Source: Candidatus Eremiobacteria bacterium | GTDB lineage: Bacteria > Vulcanimicrobiota > Vulcanimicrobiia > Vulcanimicrobiales > Vulcanimicrobiaceae | Assembly: GCA_963737065.1 (NCBI GenBank) | Contig: CAVTRC010000001.1 | Location: 576,001-640,000 of the forward strand | Direction of reading: 5' to 3' | Length of the DNA: 64,000 nt | Shown: positions 56,943 through 64,000 of the stretch, piece after piece | How the letters are laid out: each line of letters opens with the position of its first letter | Numbering within the stretch: position 1 is the first letter of the stretch | Notes under the pieces: generated by a model | Told to the model about the DNA's origin: nothing | The model's input: only the letters and a program-made list of their open reading frames with translations | Databases searched by the model: none | Position numbers and translations under genes: made by a program

Positions 56943-58562
56943 GTGAAGTTATCACTCATCGCGGCGCTTCTATTTGTCGTACTCGCGCCGCATACGAACG
57001 CAATCGACGTACTGTCGCATAGCGAAGCTGCGACCGGGTCGCTCACGCGCGCGCAAGTGCTGCGCGGCGACGGTACGTTCGTCTCGTTCAAACACTTCGC
57101 GATGCCCGATGACGCGACGGACCTATGGCTGCGTTTTCGCGTCCGCGTTGCGAGCAACGCTCCGTCTCAATGGGCCCTTTCCACGCCCGGTTTCGTCGCC
57201 CACGCGTCGTTTTACGTGCCGCGCCCTGACGGGAACTACGACGAAATCCGCAGGGGAGCGGCTGAGCCGTTCGTTGAGGCGGAGGGTGCTTTTCCGCGTA
57301 CCGGTATTACGTTCGACACGCGCGACATCGGTGACCGGCCGTTTTACGTGCACCTGCAGTACCATCAAGATCAGCCGCTACAGCTGACGTTGATTCCTGA
57401 GCGAAGCGCGGTTGATACGGCGCTGCTCGGCCGTCTGGTATTCGGCGTCTTCTTCGGCGTAATGATCGCCGTCGGTCTCGTGAACTTCTACATGGGGTTG
57501 GTACTGCGCGATCGCGGCGCGTTGCTGTGCCTGTTCTATATCGTGACGATCGCGTGTAACGGCGTGCTGACGAGCGGCGTCGGCGGCGTGTATCTCTGGC
57601 CGAAGCTCTCGATCGATCCGGTCATTGCCCTCTCATTTACCGATGCGTTGTCGTTTATCGCGTTCTTGCTGTTCGTTCGCACGTTCCTTGGTACGCCGGC
57701 ATCGTTGCCCGTCCTCGACAAACTGCTCATTGCGGTCTTCGGTATCGTCGCGATCACGGCACTCCCAATCAACTTTGGCCGCGTCATCGACGGGCTTGCA
57801 CCGCTTTTGCTGATCGCCGGCATGGCGCTCGTCATCCTTGCAGCTGCGCTATGCACCCGAAGAGGAAACCGTTCAGCATGGATCTTTCTCTTTGGGTTTA
57901 TCCCGGTAGCCATCGGGTACTTCACCCGCGAGATTCAGCTTGCGTGGATCATTCAGGCCATCGTCTTTTCGCTTGCGATCGTCGAGCGCGTCCGCACGCT
58001 TGCGATCGAAAAGCAACACGCGGAAGTGGCGAATCAGCGCCTGCGCACGCTCGCATATTATGATCCGCTGACCAACGTGTTAAATCGTGCGGCATTCAAC
58101 GAGCGGTTGGAAAGCGCGATCCACCGCGCCGCGGAACGTCACGAAACCGTCGCGCTGTTTTATCTCGACCTCGATGGTTTCAAAAGCGTCAACGATTCGT
58201 ACGGACATCAGACGGGCGACCTGGTGCTTCAAGTCCTCGTTGCGCGACTGCGCAACGCGGTTCGCGAATCGGACGAGATCGCGCGGCTCGGCGGTGACGA
58301 GTTTGGAGTCATTGCTCACGCTTCAGCGAGCGAAGCGTCGGTAATACGAGACAACGTCGCGCGAATCTTAGAGACGCCGATGACGGTGGCGAATCACGAA
58401 ATCAGGCTGGGGTTGAGCATCGGCGAAGCAGCGTACCCGCGCGACGGACGCACGGGTGACGAACTGCTTGCCGCGGCGGATCACCGCATGTACGCGATGA
58501 AAGTCGCCCGGCAGCGAATCACAAAATCGTTATTCCGTACCACTGAAGAATCGCGCGCATAA
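56943..58562 (+). CDS. Membrane diguanylate cyclase (7TMR-DISM-like sensor plus GGDEF)
   Basis: DPLTNVLNR, DLDGFKSVNDSYGH, RESD, ARLGGDEF. Confidence 0.9.
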   Translation: MKLSLIAALLFVVLAPHTNAIDVLSHSEAATGSLTRAQVLRGDGTFVSFKHFAMPDDATDLWLRFRVRVASNAPSQWALSTPGFVAHASFYVPRPDGNYDEIRRGAAEPFVEAEGAFPRTGITFDTRDIGDRPFYVHLQYHQDQPLQLTLIPERSAVDTALLGRLVFGVFFGVMIAVGLVNFYMGLVLRDRGALLCLFYIVTIACNGVLTSGVGGVYLWPKLSIDPVIALSFTDALSFIAFLLFVRTFLGTPASLPVLDKLLIAVFGIVAITALPINFGRVIDGLAPLLLIAGMALVILAAALCTRRGNRSAWIFLFGFIPVAIGYFTREIQLAWIIQAIVFSLAIVERVRTLAIEKQHAEVANQRLRTLAYYDPLTNVLNRAAFNERLESAIHRAAERHETVALFYLDLDGFKSVNDSYGHQTGDLVLQVLVARLRNAVRESDEIARLGGDEFGVIAHASASEASVIRDNVARILETPMTVANHEIRLGLSIGEAAYPRDGRTGDELLAAADHRMYAMKVARQRITKSLFRTTEESRA

Positions 58563-58798
58563 GCGAAACGCTCGCGGACGAAGTGACGGTGGCCGGGGAA
58601 GATCGTGGACCCTTGATAGGCGCCCGCATTTCCTTTGCTCGGTAAAGCGATCAGAAGGCGCGCCTTTGGGCGCTCGCTCCCCCCGACGGGAAGGCGATTG
58701 TCACCCTTGCCGCCAAGTTTGAAATTTGACTTTGTTGACGAAGCCGAAATTAATGGTGACGTTTTTTCGGGTTCTACCGTAAAGTCAAAGACAGACTC

Positions 58799-60112
58799 AT
58801 GGCGAACTTCGAAGAACGCTTCTGGCCCCCGGATCCAACGCTTGACACAGGCATCGGCATACCACGTCGCGATCGACGAGGTGGCACGTACCTCGCATAT
58901 CGGCCTGACCTACTCTCTGGTCGGAGCTTTTCCTTGGGCGGCCCGGAAGCCGCCGACGTCGCTGATGCTGAGCGCGCCATTATTGAGCTCGACCGCTCAT
59001 CGACCACATTGGCCGACACCGAGGCACTTGCGCGTCTATTGTTGCGCGCTGAGTCCGTCGCCTCATCTCACATCGAGGGTTTGCAGATCGGGCCTAGCCG
59101 GCTACTCCGGGCCGACGCAGCACGCTCCGAAGGTGACGCGTTAAAAGACGACATTGCGATCGAAGTTCTTGCAAACATCGATGCGATGACGTTCGCAATA
59201 CGCGAAATCACGAACAACCCCATCGTTACGCGTGAATTGCTGCTCGAGACGCATCGCCGTCTACTTGCGCCTACGCGTATTGCGGAGTACGGCGGCAACT
59301 TTCGGACGCAGCAAAACTGGATCGGTGGCAGCGATTACAATCCGCTCTCCGGGGCGTTTGTGCCGCCACGTCCGGATCTCGTTCCGGGCCTTATGGATGA
59401 TCTGATCGCCTTCTGCAACGGGCATGCATTGCCGACCGTTGCACAAGCCGCTATCGCACACGCGCAGTTTGAAACCATTCATCCGTTCGCAGATGGCAAC
59501 GGCCGGATCGGACGCGTATTGATCCACCTAGTCTTTCGTCGGCGCGGCTTGACGAGCGTCGTGTCGCCACCTGTTTCTCTTATTCTGGCAACCCGTGCGC
59601 GTGATTATATAGCCGGGCTCAGCTCTACGCGGTACGACGGCCCAGCGGATTCTCCGCAGGCCTCTGAAGGTTTAAATCGCTGGATGGGAACGTTTGCTGC
59701 TGCGTGTACGCGAGCGGCAGCAGATGCGTCGGCCTTTGAGAAGCGGATTGCGGCGATCCAGTCGGCGTGGCGCGAACGCCTTGGCAGCGTTCGTAGCCAT
59801 TCGGCCGTCTTGCGCATCATTGAGATGCTTCCCGGGACACCGCTCACGACAGTTTCAAACCTCCAGCAGAGGACAGGCAGCGCGCTATCGAGCATCACTG
59901 AAGCCGTCGCACGACTAGAAAAAGCTGAAATCCTTCGCCCGGTCAGCCTGGGACGCAAACGTCGCCTACTGTACGAGGCGCGCGAGATCATGGACGCGTT
60001 CACGGATTTGGAGCGCCAACTGGCGTCCCCGGCGGACGATACGCACATAGAGGCACCGGTACGTGCCGCACCGCGTCGCCCTCAAGCCGTTCGGCGACCG
60101 GCGCGTGAATGA
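58799..60112 (+). CDS. Fic-family protein (class II-like)
   Basis: HPFADGNGRIGR active site; N-terminal SSHIEG inhibitory motif. Confidence 0.92.
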   Translation: MANFEERFWPPDPTLDTGIGIPRRDRRGGTYLAYRPDLLSGRSFSLGGPEAADVADAERAIIELDRSSTTLADTEALARLLLRAESVASSHIEGLQIGPSRLLRADAARSEGDALKDDIAIEVLANIDAMTFAIREITNNPIVTRELLLETHRRLLAPTRIAEYGGNFRTQQNWIGGSDYNPLSGAFVPPRPDLVPGLMDDLIAFCNGHALPTVAQAAIAHAQFETIHPFADGNGRIGRVLIHLVFRRRGLTSVVSPPVSLILATRARDYIAGLSSTRYDGPADSPQASEGLNRWMGTFAAACTRAAADASAFEKRIAAIQSAWRERLGSVRSHSAVLRIIEMLPGTPLTTVSNLQQRTGSALSSITEAVARLEKAEILRPVSLGRKRRLLYEAREIMDAFTDLERQLASPADDTHIEAPVRAAPRRPQAVRRPARE

Positions 60113-60147
60113 TCGATTGCGCGCGCGAAAAAACGATAGTTCCAAAA

Positions 60148-60195
60148 TCAATTTTGCTTGCTGGCCAGTTCAAAAAAATTAGCGAGCAAAATTGA
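60148..60195. repeat. 15-bp inverted repeat between convergent fic and doc; possible terminator
   Basis: TCAATTTTGCTTGCT-N18-AGCGAGCAAAATTGA, one mismatch. Confidence 0.55.
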
Positions 60196-60232
60196 ATCGA
60201 GTCGCTTGTTTGCCGGGTCTTGACCGTCAGGA

Positions 60233-60631
60233 TTACGCTACGCGCACGGACTTGTTTCGAATCCAGTCAGCCAGCTCTGCGGCGCCGATTGTTCCGCTCG
60301 CTGCAGCGAGTATGACAGGAAGCATCTCCTCGTCGGTAGCTGTCAGCTCATAGCCATTTAGGTCGAGGAAAAGTTCGAGAAGCACTGCCCCGACTCGCTT
60401 ATTGCCGTCTACGAAAGGATGGTTCTTTATTACACGCAGCGCGTACAACGCGGCCAGCTCTGCGACGTCAGGATCTAAATAGGAAGCTGCACTTCTCGGA
60501 CGATCGAGGGCAGATGCTAAGAGGGCCCAGATCCCGAATCCGAGCGCTCCCCCGTGTTCTGAGATCTGGGCCTCATGAATTGCATGGACGACATCGTCGT
60601 CAATCCAGATAAAGCTATTTTGCGAGTTCAC
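60233..60631 (-). CDS. doc: Death-on-curing (Doc) family toxin
   Basis: HEAQISEHGG, LASALDRP, NHPFVDGNKRVG, FLDLNG. Confidence 0.88.
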   Translation of the reverse strand: MNSQNSFIWIDDDVVHAIHEAQISEHGGALGFGIWALLASALDRPRSAASYLDPDVAELAALYALRVIKNHPFVDGNKRVGAVLLELFLDLNGYELTATDEEMLPVILAAASGTIGAAELADWIRNKSVRVA

Positions 60632-60677
60632 GCAATACCGAACGGCGCTTCTTCATGATCCTTTCGGCGGCTTCCAA
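60615..60677 (-). pseudogene. C-terminal remnant of the Doc-associated AbrB-type antitoxin
   Basis: LEAAERIMKKRRSVLRELAK* overlaps the doc start; frame closed about 9 codons upstream. Confidence 0.65.
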
Positions 60678-60680
60678 CGG

Positions 60681-60719
60681 AAACCGAAATAGCTGAACGA
60701 ATAATCATTCATTCAGCTA
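60681..60719 (-). terminator. Hairpin/terminator after tmRNA
   Basis: TAGCTGAATGAAT-GATT-ATTCGTTCAGCTA then TTTCGGTTT. Confidence 0.7.
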
Positions 60720-60730
60720 CAGCGAACGTT

Positions 60731-61084
60731 TGGTGGAGCTGTCGGGGTACTGCCCCCCGAGTCCGAAAAGCCTGCCCGGCGCGTTCTCCAAGCTCAGCTT
60801 TGACTTTGACTTACTCGCGCGTACGTCTCAAAGCGGGACTTACCGCGCGCAGCAGATTCTTGATCTCGTACGGACGTCGAATCACGCGTCCGTACCAGCC
60901 CGAGTTCATGACCGGAGAGCAGAGCGGTTCGGGCCGACCCTCCGCGTCCGGTGACTAGCCTAAATTAGGCAGCCAGTGCGTATTCGTTGTTGGCAGATAT
61001 TGCCGTGCGATCGTTTTAGGAGAGCTCGCAACTCCGCTTGCTAACGCCGGCCACGGATCTTCCCGTCGAGCCTAGTTCAGCCCC
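60731..61084 (-). ncRNA. ssrA: tmRNA, one-piece; tag (A)ANNEYALAA
   Basis: 5' GGGGCTGAA..TCGAC pairs with 3' CAGCTCC-ACCA including G3:U70; tag frame 60994-60965. Confidence 0.96.
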
Positions 61085-61165
61085 ATAGGATTCCGCTTCG
61101 CGGAATCCGTTGCGGTTTTGGGTTCCGCCCAAAATCCGCGTAGGCGCCGCGAGACCGGAGTACCT

Positions 61166-61174
61166 ACTATAACA
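61166..61174 (-). promoter_or_regulatory. Extended -10 promoter, probably for ssrA
   Basis: TGtTATAGT about 80 nt upstream of the mature 5' end. Confidence 0.6.
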
Positions 61175-61217
61175 CACCACACAAGCGTTCGGTTTCCGCC
61201 CGGACGATGCATCGGAT

Positions 61218-61592
61218 CTATACGCGCGCGGTAGGCTCGCGCCGCGACAGCGGCATCGTCACGAGCGTTCCGACGATCATCATGATGATCGCGCCGACGA
61301 GCGTCGATTCCCACGCCGGCCACGGATAGCCCGTCGTATGCAATCCCGGCGAGAGCCAAACGGTGAGCGCGAACAGTATCCAGTTGATGACGATCGTAAA
61401 TAGGCCGAGCGTAAGAAACGTCAACGGTAGCGAGATCAGCCTGAGAACCGGTCCGATCAGCGCGTTCACGATGCCGAAAATGATCGCTGCCCAAATGGCG
61501 TCGGTCCACGCGTTCAAGTGGAAACCCGGAATGTACGTGGCAATCGCCCATAACGCGATCGCGGTAATGATGAAACGCAAGAGCCAGTGCAT
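61218..61592 (-). CDS. YvlD/DUF360 4-TM phage-holin-like membrane protein
   Basis: GIVNALIGPVLRLISLPLTFLTLGLFTIVIN. Confidence 0.9.
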   Translation of the reverse strand: MHWLLRFIITAIALWAIATYIPGFHLNAWTDAIWAAIIFGIVNALIGPVLRLISLPLTFLTLGLFTIVINWILFALTVWLSPGLHTTGYPWPAWESTLVGAIIMMIVGTLVTMPLSRREPTARV

Positions 61593-63595
61593 TATGCCTC
61601 TCCTACTCTGCGGGGGCTGAGCAGTTCACTTTTGATCTGTGCTGCAAGCGATGGCGTCATTCCCTTCACCGCGGCGATCTCGTCGATCGAAGCCCGTTTG
61701 ATCGCCGCAACGGAGCCGAATGTCGCGAGCAGACGCTTTCGCCGGACGGGTCCGACACCGGCAAGCGCATCGAGCGCGGAACGCGTCATCGCTTTCGCAC
61801 GCCGCTGGCGGTGATACGTCACCGCGAACCGGTGCGCCTCGTCGCGAATGCGCATGATCAAATGTAAGCCGGCGCTGTTCGGGGGAAGGACGATCGGATC
61901 GGGATTCCCGGGCACGTAGAGCCACTCGTGTTCTTTCGCGAGGCCGGCGATCGGAATGCCCGTCATGTCCATGTCTTCGAGGACCTCGACGACCGCACTC
62001 AATTGCCCCTTGCCGCCGTCGATCAGCAACAAGTCCGGCGTCTTGTTGAACTTTTCTTTTTTGGCGATTTGGCGCTCGGGCGACGTCACTTCCCGATCGG
62101 TTTCGTGACGTAGATAGCGCAATCGCCGGCGCAGCGTCTCCTGCATCATTGCGAAATCGTTTGGCCCGCGATCGTACTGAATTTTGAACTTGCGGTAATC
62201 GCTCTTTTTTGCTCGCCCTTCTACGAAGACGACCATCGATGCGACGGGATTCGTGCCTTGAATGTTCGAGATGTCATAACACTCGATGCGATGCGGAACT
62301 TCGGGAAGTTCCAGGGCGTCGGCGAGTTCGGTGAGCGAATGTGCCTGCGCGCTCTCCTGCACTTCTTGATGCGCGAGAAACGCCTTGAGATTCTGTTCGG
62401 CGTTCTTTTGCACGAGACGCATGAACTCGGCGCGTTCGCCGCGTTGCGGATGCAGAATGCGCACGCGCTGGCCTTTGAGCGCCGACAGCCACGATTCGAG
62501 CAGCGGCAGCTCTTCGCCCGGCATCGTCTGCACGAGCACCTCCTTCGGCACCGCGGCGGCGCTCGTCGATCTGCGCCGCGCGCGCGCTTTTTCAGGCACC
62601 GGCACCACATTGTCGCGTGCGACGCGCGCGGGCAACGCCGAAACACCGTTGCCTTCAGGAGCGCTCGCCGTTCGCGCGGTGTAGAACTGCTTGAGGAATT
62701 CGTCCATCAACACGGCGTCGGTTTGCTCGTACACGCCGTCGAGCACGAAATTCTCTTGCGCGATCAATTTGCCGCCGCGCACCATGAAGACTTGCACGCA
62801 CGCTTGCCCCTGTGCGCGGGCCGTCGCAATCAAGTCCATATCGATGCGCGATCGCCAGACGACTTTCTGGCCTTCCGTGACGCGGCGGACGTGCACGATG
62901 CGATCGCGAAGGCGCGCGGCCGCCTCGAAGTTATACTGTTCCGCCGACTGCTGCATCTCGGTTTGCAGTCGCGCAAGCAGCGAGTCTTGCTTACCTTCTA
63001 AGAACAGGACGACCTCATCGATCATCGCCTCGTACTCGCTTTCGGTCTGATAGCCGACGCACGGTGCGAGACAGCGTTTGATGTGATACTGCAAGCAGGG
63101 GCGCTTACGCCGGCCGTCGATCGGCTCGCGGCACGTGCGTAGGGGAAAGACGAGCCGCACGAGATCGATCAGTTCGCGCAAACCGTGCGCGTTCGTATAC
63201 GGACCGAAGTAGCGCGCGCCGTCATCTTTCACCATGCGCGTGAAGACGACGCGCGGAAACGATTCGTTCGTTACCTTGAGATAGGGATAGCGCTTGTCGT
63301 CGCGCAGACGTACGTTGAACGGCGGCTGATGACGCTTGATCAAGTTCGCTTCCAAAATCAGCGCCTCAACCTCATTCGTGACAACGATGGTTCGGACGTC
63401 CGCGACACGTTCGACCATTGCTTGCGTCCGAATATGGTGGCTCGCCGAGTCCTGGAAGTACGAACGCACGCGGTTACGTAGCGACACCGCCTTCCCAATG
63501 TAAAGAATATCGCCGCTTACGCCTATCATTTGATAGACGCCGGGTGCATCAGGAACCTGGGCGAGACGCTGCTCGAGCGTGGTCGTTACCTGCAT
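61592..63595 (-). CDS. uvrC: Excinuclease ABC subunit C
   Basis: PGVY..YIGKA..LRNRVRSYF, RIECYDISN, LIDGGKGQ, RDEAHRFA, HhH repeats. Confidence 0.98.
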   Translation of the reverse strand: MQVTTTLEQRLAQVPDAPGVYQMIGVSGDILYIGKAVSLRNRVRSYFQDSASHHIRTQAMVERVADVRTIVVTNEVEALILEANLIKRHQPPFNVRLRDDKRYPYLKVTNESFPRVVFTRMVKDDGARYFGPYTNAHGLRELIDLVRLVFPLRTCREPIDGRRKRPCLQYHIKRCLAPCVGYQTESEYEAMIDEVVLFLEGKQDSLLARLQTEMQQSAEQYNFEAAARLRDRIVHVRRVTEGQKVVWRSRIDMDLIATARAQGQACVQVFMVRGGKLIAQENFVLDGVYEQTDAVLMDEFLKQFYTARTASAPEGNGVSALPARVARDNVVPVPEKARARRRSTSAAAVPKEVLVQTMPGEELPLLESWLSALKGQRVRILHPQRGERAEFMRLVQKNAEQNLKAFLAHQEVQESAQAHSLTELADALELPEVPHRIECYDISNIQGTNPVASMVVFVEGRAKKSDYRKFKIQYDRGPNDFAMMQETLRRRLRYLRHETDREVTSPERQIAKKEKFNKTPDLLLIDGGKGQLSAVVEVLEDMDMTGIPIAGLAKEHEWLYVPGNPDPIVLPPNSAGLHLIMRIRDEAHRFAVTYHRQRRAKAMTRSALDALAGVGPVRRKRLLATFGSVAAIKRASIDEIAAVKGMTPSLAAQIKSELLSPRRVGEA

Positions 63596-63722
63596 GATCG
63601 TGTTCTGGTAAATTTGTTCGAGGCCGGGGCCGCTTTCGCTTTGAAGTCTGAGAGACGGGGGCCAAGCCGATCGGCTCGAAAGGCCCTTCTATGAAATGCG
63701 GCATGCGCTAACGGAGGACGTC

Positions 63723-64000
63723 TTGCGTCGTACATCAGGGTTTCTCGCGCTTGTTCTCGCGTGCACGATCTCCGCGTCGCCGGCAAGCACCGATCTTCTG
63801 CAAGCCGCGCTCGATCCGAACCCGTCGCTCAATGCGTACACGGCCACGGCGGAACTCGACGTTACGTTACACGCCGGACTGCCCGTGCGAAAAAGATTTA
63901 CCGGTACAATGTACTACAACCGGCCGACGGAGCGGCTCGTTCTCGACAACGCGAAGGGAGCGCTAAGCAAATACAAGGACATGCGCACGACGCTGCCGTC
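63723..64000 (+). CDS. Hypothetical exported protein, runs off the window
   Basis: GGAGG then TTG; MRRTSGFLALVLACTISASP..DPNPSLNAYTATAEL.. open to the end. Confidence 0.6.
   Translation, partial: MRRTSGFLALVLACTISASPASTDLLQAALDPNPSLNAYTATAELDVTLHAGLPVRKRFTGTMYYNRPTERLVLDNAKGALSKYKDMRTTLP

Noticed and set aside
58725..58789. TTTGACTTT...AAAGTCAAA inverted repeat upstream of fic; the 9-mer also occurs in tmRNA
   Set aside because: Only 9 bp, no integrase, not an ssrA 3'-end duplication; cannot be called an att site.
61218..61592. Prophage suggested by the holin-like gene beside tmRNA
   Set aside because: YvlD/DUF360 is a common chromosomal family often near uvr genes; no phage genes are present.
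63596..63720. SOS box (CGAACAAATTTAC) or c-di-GMP riboswitch upstream of uvrC
   Set aside because: Two mismatches to GAAC-N4-GTTC, and the riboswitch core motifs and pairings are incomplete.

Overview
GC-rich bacterial chromosome segment, mostly housekeeping and catabolic genes. The gene complement (SecG, GerMN-amidase-murI, a large TonB-dependent receptor-like gene, TolC, kumamolisin) suggests a diderm soil lineage such as Eremiobacterota/Vulcanimicrobiota; this is inference only. In order: trmFO; a 1.75-kb decayed islet (type I-G cas3 remnant, hicBA); topA, divergent from a very basic (RKKSTGG)n protein whose repeat resembles the histone H3 tail, with a perfect 48-bp purine/pyrimidine-alternating tract abutting that gene's -35 box; oppDF, secG, dxs; an ARG-box-controlled argF-argR-argG-argH operon; a ~20-kb predicted polyamine/GABA/beta-alanine catabolic locus (patA, aldehyde dehydrogenase, gabT, PucR-family regulator, TonB-dependent receptor, exported flavin amine oxidase, class-III transaminase, mmsA, two APC permeases) in which two promoters share an identically spaced two-box motif; a two-component/RND/TolC efflux operon; S53 and M3 peptidases; murI, amidase, GerMN; DUF969/979/2891; a GGDEF protein; Fic and Doc genes at the 3' end of a one-piece tmRNA with a GGCAGUA T-loop; uvrC. 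Several intact-looking genes carry single-base frameshifts, probably assembly errors. No CRISPR array or integrase was seen. All family assignments are from motif recognition; no database search was run.
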